Positions 38,846 to 46,918 are shown, counted from the stretch's first letter. The stretch: 64,000 nucleotides of DNA from Eubacteriales bacterium (GCA_048526005.1 DBFVEH010000021.1:581647-645646), one strand, 5' to 3'. Notes: generated by a model not told the origin, from the letters alone. Numbers and translations: made by a program.

Positions 38846-39522
38846 ATGGCTATTCAGCTAACTCTTGGACAAGTAAAGGCTATTATCAAAAAAAGCGAAT
38901 ACTCAATTATAAGTGAAACTCGTGCTGGGAACAACTTGGGAATTGTATTAAAACTTTCAAATGGATGCAATATAAACTGTTGGGATAAAGGCACAGTAAA
39001 CTGTCAAGGAAAAAACGTAGACGAGATAAATAAAATATTGTCAGAGCTTTACAAACACAAACAACAAGTAATAAAAAGGTCTTTGTTGTGTATGGGCACG
39101 ATAGTAATGCTAAGACGCAGCTTGAGGCTATGCTCAGAAGATGGGATTTAGAACCTTTAATTTTAGATCAACTTGTTTCTTCAGGTCAAACTATCATAGA
39201 AAAATTAGAAGAATATACAAGCCAAGTAAATTTTGGTATTGTTTTAGCTACACCTGATGATATTGGTTATCCAAAGAATGATGAGTCAAAAAAGCAATAC
39301 AGAGCTCGCCAAAATGTCGTTTTAGAACTGGGAATGTTATTATCAAGGATTGGACGAGAAAAAGTTGCAATTTTACTTTCGCAGGCAGAGGATATGGAAA
39401 AGCCATCCGATATTGATGGATTGATATATATTCCATTTAAAGATAACATCGAAGAAACTAAATTGTCTTTAGCAAAAGAGATGCAAAACAATGGCTATGA
39501 ATTAGATATAGCTAAATTGTAA
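38846..39522 (+). CDS. RNase-HIII-N-terminal-like (TBP-like) domain fused to a Cap12/PycTIR-type TIR-like domain; requires a frame change at an A5 run (possible pseudogene)
   Basis: Track ORFs 38846..39151 and 39088..39522 overlap in different frames. One extra A in AAAAA (39073-39077) would give ...HKQQVIKKVFVVYGHDSNAK... (225 aa). The N-terminal NGCNINCWDKGTVNCQGKN resembles B. subtilis RNase HIII GCTITAYQSGKVLFQGKN. The C-terminal part matches the COG4271 TIR-like pattern (VFVVYGHD, ATPDDIG, RARQNVVLELG, PSDIDGLIYIPF). Confidence 0.7.
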
Positions 39523-39715
39523 GAAGTCTGAGGTAACCACATAACCAACTTTAACGAACACACAATATAACTATCCATCCTGGAGCTGCTTACGGATGAA
39601 CAATATACCTATCTGACAGGAGAGAAAATGCACAAAGAATACATAAATTTTCTTACTTATAATATTTAATTTTCATTTTAATGCTTTGAAATTATTATGT
39701 GACTGAGGTGATGAG

Positions 39716-40876
39716 ATGGATAAACAAGAACAGGAAATCAAATCAGTAGATGTAGATTTGCTTGATGAATACTGTAGCAGATTAGCAGATGAAAAAATTT
39801 GTATTACAGACGACTATGAATTTGCGAAAACGATTGATTCTGTCATAGAAGGTGACGCGTATTTAAGCAGAGCTCAAATTGAAAAAAGTGTCATTAAATC
39901 GGGAGTACAAAAATATTTTTGTTACTACCCGTTAACATCCAATCAGAAAATTGTTTTTGCAAATGATTTAACAGATTTTCTAAAAGTAATTTTGGAAGAA
40001 GATAGCGATATAAAATTCAAGCAATTTTACCGTGGACATGGGAACTGGATATTTGATATGATACCAGGAATATACAGAAAGCAGAACCGGAATATTTTGC
40101 AATGTGAGTCTCAGTATATTCATGAAATGATTGCTTCATACCCCAACTTTTTCAGTGAATGTAAAACGGCACTTGATTATTTAGTAGTATTACAGCATTA
40201 CTCATTTCCTACGAGATTGTTAGATTTTACAGAAAATCCTCTTGTTGCATTATATATGGCATGCGCAAGTGAAAAAAGTGATTTTGCAGATGTCATAAGA
40301 ATAAATGTGGAACCAACTGGTTTTAAATACTATGACAGCGATTCTATTTCATTGCTTGCAAATATGGCTTTTGCAGATGATAAATTTGATGTTAGCGATT
40401 ATTCCTTTATAGATTATTATCATTCATATGAGGATGACAAAGTAGATAGGGCATATAAGGAACATTACAATACTCTGATAAAACAATTTAATGATAGAGA
40501 TGATATCACAAGATTTTTGCACCTGGTACGGGGTGAAAAACCTTATTTTAAGGCGAAAATAAAACCGGAACATTTTGACAACGCTATTTTATGGGTAAAA
40601 GCCAAGCAAGACTTTCAAAGAATTGTTAATCAAAGCGGGATTTTCGCTGTTTTCGGAATCAATCGAAATAAGCAGAATATGATAGAGTTTCCTTATCAAA
40701 AATATAATATGCTGCATATTTTAATCCCGCCGGAGTATAAAGAAAAGATTTTGCATGAATTAGATAAAATACATATCAATCAAGCAACCTTGTATTGTGA
40801 TATGGATCGAATTACGTCCTTTCATATAGAAAAATTCCGAAAAGAAAGTAAGAGAGGAGACAAGAAAAATGTTTAA
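39716..40876 (+). CDS. FRG domain-containing protein
   Basis: 386 aa with a GAGGTG SD. FRG-domain signature: FYRGHGNWIFDMIPGIYR, VVLQHYSFPTRLLDFTENPLVALYMAC, QRIVNQSGIFAVFG. The stop overlaps the hsdR start. Confidence 0.8.
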   Translation: MDKQEQEIKSVDVDLLDEYCSRLADEKICITDDYEFAKTIDSVIEGDAYLSRAQIEKSVIKSGVQKYFCYYPLTSNQKIVFANDLTDFLKVILEEDSDIKFKQFYRGHGNWIFDMIPGIYRKQNRNILQCESQYIHEMIASYPNFFSECKTALDYLVVLQHYSFPTRLLDFTENPLVALYMACASEKSDFADVIRINVEPTGFKYYDSDSISLLANMAFADDKFDVSDYSFIDYYHSYEDDKVDRAYKEHYNTLIKQFNDRDDITRFLHLVRGEKPYFKAKIKPEHFDNAILWVKAKQDFQRIVNQSGIFAVFGINRNKQNMIEFPYQKYNMLHILIPPEYKEKILHELDKIHINQATLYCDMDRITSFHIEKFRKESKRGDKKNV

Positions 40877-43800
40877 TGAGCATTCATTAGAATTGTCCGT
40901 TATGGAGTTATTCCAAAGTGAGGGATATACCTTTCTCAGCGGCGAGCAAATACATAGAGAACGCTCAGAGGTTTTACTTGCCGATGACCTCCGACAGTAT
41001 TTGTATAAACGCTACGCAAAGGACGGCATTACCACCGGTGAGGTGGACAGCATTCTGCTTATGCTGCGAAATGTCTCCGGTACGATTTATGAGGCAAACA
41101 AAGCAGTTTATAAGCTCCTTTGCGACGGCTTCATCTTAAACCGTGAGGATAGAACACAGAAAGACCTGTATATTGAGCTGATTGACTTTGACACTCCTGA
41201 AAACAATAGTTTTAAGGCGGTCAATCAGTTTGAAATCGAAGGCGTAGGCGGTCAGCTTCGTATTCCCGACGGGATAGTGTTTGTCAATGGTATTCCCGTT
41301 GTGGTGATGGAGTTTAAGAGTGCCGTGAAAGAAAACACAACCATCATAGATGCATACAAACAGTTGACTGTCCGTTACCGCCGAGATATTCCCGAACTGT
41401 TCAAATATAATGCTTTTGTTGTAATCAGCGATGGGGCAAACAATAAATATGGCTCCTTCTTCAGTCCGTATGATTTCTTCTATGCGTGGAGAAAAATCGA
41501 CTCAGACGATAAGGAATTAGACGGGATCAATTCTCTTGTTACAATGGTAAAAGGTCTTTTCAGAAAAGAGCGCTTACTTGCTGTAATAAAAGACTTTATC
41601 TATTTCCCTGATAATTCAGACAAAGATTTGAAAATTGTCTGCCGCTATCCGCAGTTTTTCGCCGCAAACAAACTGTTTGAAAACATCAAACTGCATATGC
41701 GCCCCAAGGGAGACGGAAAGGGAGGAACATATTTCGGTGCTACCGGCTGTGGTAAAAGTTACACTATGCTTTTTCTCACCCGTATGCTGATGAAAAGCAA
41801 GTCCTTTCACAGCCCCACCATTTTAATTATCACCGATAGAACAGACCTTAACGATCAGCTTTCCAAGCAATTCATCGCTTCTAAAAAGTTTATCGGGGAT
41901 GAAACGGTTATCAGCATTGAATCCCGTGAAAAGTTACGGGAAGAACTGCAAGGCAGAGAAAGCGGGGGCGTATATTTAACAACCATTCAGAAATTCACAG
42001 AAGATTTGCAGCTTTTGACCGACAGAGCAAATGTCATCTGTATCTCCGACGAAGCGCATAGAAGTCAGATCAATCTTGAGCAAAAGGTAAAAATAACTGA
42101 GGCTGGCGTGGAGCGCAAATACGGCTTTGCTAAGTATCTACATAATTCTTTGCCCAATGCAACTTATGTAGGCTTTACCGGGACGCCAGTAGACGGAACA
42201 ATAGAAGTATTCGGCGGCGTGGTGGACGCCTATACGATGACAGAATCCGTCCGGGACGGTATCACGGTCAATCTTGTTTATGACGGTCGGGCGGCAAGAG
42301 TCACGCTGGACAACGAAAAAATCAAGCAAATCGAACAATACTATGCGAAATGTGAACGAGAAGGCGCCAACGAACATCAAATTGAAGAAAGTCAAAAAGC
42401 AATCGCCAACATGGAGATCATCATCGGCGATCCCGACAGACTGCATGCCGTTGCCGAGGATTTTATAAATCACTATGAAACTCGTGTTGCAGAAGGCGCT
42501 ACGGTTGCGGGCAAAGCAATGTTTGTATGCATGAACAGAGGTATCGCATATGACCTTTATAAAATCATTGTAGAACTGCGTCCAGAATGGGCAGTTAAGA
42601 AAATCGCAGATGATGGGATAGTTCTAACCGAGCAGGATAAAAAAGAGTTAAAGCCTATCGAAAAAATCAAGATGGTAATGACCCGCAATAAGGACGATGA
42701 AAAAAAACTCTATGATATGCTCGGAACGAAGGACGACCGCAAGGAACTGGACAGACAGTTTAAGAATGTTAAGTCCAATTTCAAAATTGCGATTGTCGTA
42801 GATATGTGGCTGACAGGCTTCGATGTGCCGGAGCTTGATACCATTTACATAGACAAGCCGATTCAGCAGCATACGCTGATACAGACCATTTCCCGTGTCA
42901 ACCGTGTGTGTGAGGGTAAGGACAAGGGACTGATCGTTGACTATATCGGTATCAAAAAGAATATGAACACAGCTCTTAAAAAATATACTAACTTTGAGAG
43001 TGATGAATTTGAAGGAATAGAACAGTCGGTAACGATTGTGAAAGACCAGTTAGAGATATTGGGACAAATGTTCCATAACTTCAACAGCCGAGATTTCTTC
43101 GACGGTTCTCCGACAGAGCAGCTTGCTTGTCTTAACAGAGCTACTGAATATGTGCAGCTTTCAGAAGAACTTGAAATCCGTTTTATGGCGGCTGTTAAAC
43201 GGATGAAACAGGCGTTTAATTTATGCAGCTCCAGCGATAAATTCAGCGATGAGGACAAGGACTATATCCATTTTTACTGTGCTGTGCGCTCAATATTATT
43301 CAAGCTGACAAAGGGGGACGCTCCCGATATTTCTCAGATGAACGCAAGAGTGCGTGAAATGCTGGAAGGAGCTATCCAATCTGACGGGATCGAGGAGCTT
43401 TTTGAAGCGGGCAAGCATATTTCGGTCGATATTTTCAGCGATGAATATATGGATAAAATCAATGCAATACAGCTTCCGAATACGAAGATAAAGATTTTAC
43501 AGCGGCTTCTTTCACAGGCGATCGACGAGCTCAAGAAGGTCAATAAGATCATGGGCATAGAGTTTGCTGACAGGTTAAAGCGAGTTGTTGATGAATACAA
43601 TAATCGTCGCAGAGATGAAGCATACGCCAATGAGGTTCTTGACGATATTGCTGAACAGCTTGCACAGCTTTTATCCGAACTTAAAACAGAAAAAAACTCT
43701 TTTGAGAAAATGGGTATCGATTATGAGGAAAAAGCGTTTTATGATATTCTGAAAGCTGTTGCAAAGAAATTTGAGTTTGACTACCCCGATGATAAAATGA

Positions 43801-44000
43801 TTGAGCTTTCCAAACGGATTAAAGGCGTCGTGGACGATAAGGCTCGATATACGGACTGGTCTACTCGTGAAGATATTAAAGCCAATTTACAGGTTGATCT
43901 GATCCTTCTGCTTGATAAGTTTGACTATCCTCCGGTTACAATTGATGATGTTTACAAAGAAGTATTGGAACAGGCGGAGAACTTCAAAAAGTATGCGTAA
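40869..44000 (+). CDS. hsdR: Type I restriction endonuclease subunit HsdR
   Basis: 1043 aa, intact. It has an HsdR N-terminal nuclease region, a helicase motif I (GATGCGKSYTM) and the DEAH box (ISDEAHRSQ), with a long helical C-terminus. Confidence 0.95.
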   Translation: MFNEHSLELSVMELFQSEGYTFLSGEQIHRERSEVLLADDLRQYLYKRYAKDGITTGEVDSILLMLRNVSGTIYEANKAVYKLLCDGFILNREDRTQKDLYIELIDFDTPENNSFKAVNQFEIEGVGGQLRIPDGIVFVNGIPVVVMEFKSAVKENTTIIDAYKQLTVRYRRDIPELFKYNAFVVISDGANNKYGSFFSPYDFFYAWRKIDSDDKELDGINSLVTMVKGLFRKERLLAVIKDFIYFPDNSDKDLKIVCRYPQFFAANKLFENIKLHMRPKGDGKGGTYFGATGCGKSYTMLFLTRMLMKSKSFHSPTILIITDRTDLNDQLSKQFIASKKFIGDETVISIESREKLREELQGRESGGVYLTTIQKFTEDLQLLTDRANVICISDEAHRSQINLEQKVKITEAGVERKYGFAKYLHNSLPNATYVGFTGTPVDGTIEVFGGVVDAYTMTESVRDGITVNLVYDGRAARVTLDNEKIKQIEQYYAKCEREGANEHQIEESQKAIANMEIIIGDPDRLHAVAEDFINHYETRVAEGATVAGKAMFVCMNRGIAYDLYKIIVELRPEWAVKKIADDGIVLTEQDKKELKPIEKIKMVMTRNKDDEKKLYDMLGTKDDRKELDRQFKNVKSNFKIAIVVDMWLTGFDVPELDTIYIDKPIQQHTLIQTISRVNRVCEGKDKGLIVDYIGIKKNMNTALKKYTNFESDEFEGIEQSVTIVKDQLEILGQMFHNFNSRDFFDGSPTEQLACLNRATEYVQLSEELEIRFMAAVKRMKQAFNLCSSSDKFSDEDKDYIHFYCAVRSILFKLTKGDAPDISQMNARVREMLEGAIQSDGIEELFEAGKHISVDIFSDEYMDKINAIQLPNTKIKILQRLLSQAIDELKKVNKIMGIEFADRLKRVVDEYNNRRRDEAYANEVLDDIAEQLAQLLSELKTEKNSFEKMGIDYEEKAFYDILKAVAKKFEFDYPDDKMIELSKRIKGVVDDKARYTDWSTREDIKANLQVDLILLLDKFDYPPVTIDDVYKEVLEQAENFKKYA

Positions 44001-44065
44001 AATACAGCATTACCTTCACAAGTACCTCTTAATTTTACAGCTTCGCGGTATTTCAAATAACAGCC

Positions 44066-44094
44066 TTGACAAAACTTTCAATCTCCGGTATAAT
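44066..44094 (+). promoter_or_regulatory. Perfect-consensus sigma-70-type promoter downstream of hsdR
   Basis: TTGACA (44066-44071), 17 nt, then TATAAT (44089-44094). It faces the inverted-repeat region and the mob genes. Confidence 0.5.
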
Positions 44095-44547
44095 AATAAA
44101 ACAACCAAATAAAACATACATAAGTCTTATTGCAGAATATAGCCGAGAACAATTGGCTTGACAGCATAGGGCTTATTTTTATCCCCTCTTGATGGTGTGT
44201 ACCTTGACAAACGCATAAAGAAAAATGTAATCCCTGCACGGATACTGTCAAGGCATACCCATACAGTTTTCACGCAGGGATTTTTACATATCAGTTGAAA
44301 GGAGTTAACGAAAACATGATTGCGTCAATATTCTATCTCGTAGGGATAGGCAAGCATATTGTTTGTATAGACGTCGACCTACCGGCCGCCGCATACAAAC
44401 AGCTTGTCGGGGGTGAACCCCGAACTCAAAAGGAAACGCACAGGGAAAATAAAATGCAGCGGATGAACACCGCTGGTGCGAGTTGTCAGCGGTGATACAC
44501 CGTCCGCAGAAAGAGAGGACAAAACTAAAACCGACAACAAAACAAAA

Positions 44548-44841
44548 ATGATTGCCATGCGTTTTCGTGAGAGCGATTACACGGCAATCAAAAGAAAAGC
44601 TGAAAAAGCAAATATGAACTTCACTGAGTTTGTAACGGCAGCGGCGATGAACAAATCCATTACTATCATAAACGGCTTAGAGGATGTGCTGAAAGAGCAG
44701 AAAGCAATCGGCAGAAATCTCAATCAGTTGACAACTCTCTGCAATATGGGCAAGATTGTCTGTCCCGACTTGCGGGAACTGAAAGAACAATATGCCGATA
44801 TGCTGACCGCGCTTAATGAGATTATCGGGAGGTGTGGATAA
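44548..44841 (+). CDS. MobC-family relaxosome accessory protein
   Basis: MIAMRFRESDYTAIKRKAEKANMNFTEFV (RHH-like) plus the MobC signature IGRNLNQLTTLCNMG. The start is uncertain (track ORF begins at 44476). Confidence 0.7.
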   Translation: MIAMRFRESDYTAIKRKAEKANMNFTEFVTAAAMNKSITIINGLEDVLKEQKAIGRNLNQLTTLCNMGKIVCPDLRELKEQYADMLTALNEIIGRCG

Positions 44842-46191
44842 TAGCAACCTTTACAGCAATCTCAGAAAAGACACAGCCCGCCACAGCTATGAAGCGAGTG
44901 CTTGATTATGTGATGCAAGATAAGAAAACTGTAATTGATAGCATTAAACTTGTCAGCGGTCAGAACTGTGTTCCTGAATCATCATACCAAGAGTTTATGC
45001 AACCAAGCTTTGATACGGTAAAGCGACAGGTGTGTTCTTCAAACAGTATGTGCAATCCTTTAAACCGGATTGCGGTGCTACGCCGGAGCAGATACACCAA
45101 ATCGGATTGGAAACGGCAAAAGCCTTTGACGGATTCGAGGTTGTTGTGGCAACGCACATTGACCGCGACCACTGGCATAATCATTTCGTTGTCAACTCGG
45201 TAAACTGTGAAACCGAATATAAAATTCAGATCAATGAAAAAGACTTGGAAGAACTATGGCAACGGTCAGATGAAATCTGTCAGCAGTTCGGTTTGCAAGT
45301 ATTGCAGCCATATCAAAAACCTAAACAACGGTCTTTAAATCAGCGAGAGTACCGTGCTGCATTACGCGGTAACAGCAAAAAGCTGAAAATTAGCAACGCC
45401 ATAGATTATGCGGTAGCAATGAGCCGAAACAAAAAGCAGTTCATCGAGCAGTTACAGAAACTCGGATACGGTGTGAAATGGATAGATCATGATAAATATA
45501 TCACCTATACAACACCGGACGGTCAGCGGTTTCGGGACAACCGCTTGCTCGATGACAAATATTTAAAAACTAATATGGAGGAATTATTTGCTTATGAATA
45601 TGGAGCAGTTAAAACAGATCAATCAAATACAAACGATAACCGAGCAGATGGTAGACGCTTTGACAGAACCGATACAGCCGATATACTTGATGTTGAAACC
45701 CGAACAGTACAATCTGTTGGCACAGCACATTTCACAGACTGGAAACGCCATTGTGCGAAAGACGGATTTGATATCCGAGTTGCCAACGCATCAGGATTTG
45801 AACAATCTAACGGTGCAGACGCTCAGACCGTATTTAGCAGAGATGCGAAAGATAACGGCAGACAAGCTGGACTCAATAGAGTATTCCACCAAGGACAAAT
45901 TATCGAAGCAGACGGAATCCTTGAAAGAGCAACTACACAAGGGGAGATCAAGCGTATGATGAACGAGCTGAAAGCCAAGGATCTGACGCCATGGAAACTC
46001 AAACTGAAATGGGCGGCGGTTGGAGCGATATTGCCGTCAATAGCCTGTATCTTGCAGCTGATCTTGCGATGATCGGAGGTATGGACAATGAGAAATCCAA
46101 GCCAAAATATGTCCATGAACGAAAGCACGGGCAGAAGAAAAAACAAACTCAAGACAGCCAAAACGATGGCGGTATGCAAATGAATATGTAA
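44832..46191 (+). pseudogene. MobA/VirD2-family relaxase, disrupted (frameshifts and in-frame TGA)
   Basis: The N-terminal piece (frame of 44832, ...SSYQEF) shifts at about 44997. TGA at 45011-45013 lies in the frame carrying ATKL*YGKATGVFFKQYVQSFKPD...VVATHIDRDHWHNHFVVNSVN (HxDxxHxH relaxase motif). The natural-looking sequence then moves to other frames at about 45590 and about 45990 (C-terminal ...HERKHGQKKKQTQDSQNDGGMQMNM). Confidence 0.75.
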
Positions 46192-46236
46192 GGAGGAATG
46201 ACCCGACAACAGTTAAAATAATAGCCGTGTTGCCTT

Positions 46237-46407
46237 ATGGCAGCAAGCAAATGGAAGATACCGAAACACGAATTGGAAACGCTGGCAAGATGTTTCTTGC
46301 CGGATATACAAGACTTTTTCGAGAGCCAGGAAGGCAGAAAGGAATACGAGGCATGGAAGGAGGAACAGGACAAAATAAAGGCACAGAGAGCCGATAAAAC
46401 GGCTTAA
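46237..46407 (+). CDS. Small conserved-looking mobile-element protein (56 aa)
   Basis: MAASKWKIPKHELETLARCFLPDIQDFFESQEGRKEYEAWKEEQDKIKAQRADKTA resembles small proteins at the ends of clostridial mobilizable elements. An upstream SD-linked ATG (46198) runs into TAA TAG in the same frame, so the gene may be damaged. Confidence 0.4.
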   Translation: MAASKWKIPKHELETLARCFLPDIQDFFESQEGRKEYEAWKEEQDKIKAQRADKTA

Positions 46408-46493
46408 AACGCAAGCAAGGCAGGGAGTGAAAACTCTCTGCCTTGTGGCATTTATACCTTGCTATTGAAATTAGGATAGTCGAAGAAAACAAT

Positions 46494-46533
46494 AAATCCG
46501 AACCCATCTCCAACAAGGACAAGGTTCGGATTT
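46494..46533 (-). terminator. Terminator of the tRNA-Leu pair
   Basis: aaatccgaacc (46494-46504) pairs with ggttcggattt (46523-46533). On the minus strand it is followed by ATTGTTTTCTTC. The left arm coincides with the right-hand direct repeat of the element. Confidence 0.6.
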
Positions 46534-46541
46534 ATACTGTT

Positions 46542-46628
46542 TGGTGCGGATAACAGGACTTGAACCTGCATGAACTTGCATTCACTAGAACCTGAATCTA
46601 GCGCGTCTGCCAATTCCGCCATATCCGC
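46542..46628 (-). tRNA. tRNA-Leu (anticodon CAG), CCA encoded
   Basis: The reverse complement is GCGGATATGGCGGAATTGGCAGACGCGCTAGATTCAGGTTCTAGTGAATGCAAGTTCATGCAGGTTCAAGTCCTGTTATCCGCACCA. It has a long variable arm and the anticodon loop TTCAGGT. Confidence 0.9.
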
Positions 46629-46668
46629 TTGCCGGGAATAAAACAGCCACTGAAAATCAGTGGCTGAA

Positions 46669-46755
46669 TGGTGCGAGAAACGGGACTTGAACCCGTATGG
46701 TAAAACCACACGCCCCTCAAACGTGCGCGTCTGCCAGTTCCGCCACTCTCGCATA
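46669..46755 (-). tRNA. tRNA-Leu (anticodon GAG), CCA encoded
   Basis: The reverse complement is GCGAGAGTGGCGGAACTGGCAGACGCGCACGTTTGAGGGGCGTGTGGTTTTACCATACGGGTTCAAGTCCCGTTTCTCGCACCA. It has a long variable arm and the anticodon loop TTGAGGG. Confidence 0.9.
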
Positions 46756-46918
46756 ACTTTCTGCGACGCCCATTATTATACCCGATTTTTCCGGAAATGT
46801 CAATACCTAAATCAGAGTTTTTTGCAAATTTCGGATCATTATTTTTTTATGTGGATTTTTATCCAAGGTTATGTTATAATGATAAAAATCATAAACCACG
46901 CCAAGAGGAGGCTTTGAT

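Larger units (their letters stand above)
34128..46507. mobile_element. Decayed roughly 12.4-kb low-GC integrative mobilizable element carrying a type I R-M/defence locus
   Basis: Low-GC block bounded by the 13/14-identical direct repeats AAATCCGAACC(T/C)AT (34128-34141 and 46494-46507). It contains a large serine recombinase (broken), Xre, hsdMSR with an embedded cassette, MobC and a relaxase (broken). Confidence 0.6.

Noticed and set aside
39628-39669. A 13-codon mini-ORF (MHKEYINFLTYNI) with an AGGAGA SD in the gap between the TIR-like and FRG genes.
   Set aside because: It is too short and AT-rich to distinguish from chance. There is no supporting structure or conservation that I can assess. 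It is noted only as a possible leader.
38846-40876. Classifying the TIR-like/FRG cassette as CBASS, Pycsar or Thoeris.
   Set aside because: There is no CD-NTase or pyrimidine cyclase, no SAVED or cNMP-binding domain, and no SIR2/SLOG/Macro ThsA-like partner in the island. The TIR-like domain is of the COG4271 type, not a ThsB-type TIR.
44316-44495. A 59-aa ORF (MIASIFYLVGIGKHIVCIDVDL...) with an AAAGGAG SD upstream of mobC.
   Set aside because: It lies in the inverted-repeat/oriT-like region and has no recognisable family. The second half is compositionally odd. It might be real but cannot be supported.
45588-45959. The alternative-frame ORF (MLMNMEQLKQINQIQTITEQMVDAL...) as an independent gene overlapping the relaxase.
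   Set aside because: It is more parsimoniously a frameshifted middle segment of the relaxase. The annotated-frame translation over the same bases looks non-protein-like, and the element shows many other lesions. An independent accessory gene cannot be excluded without homologues.
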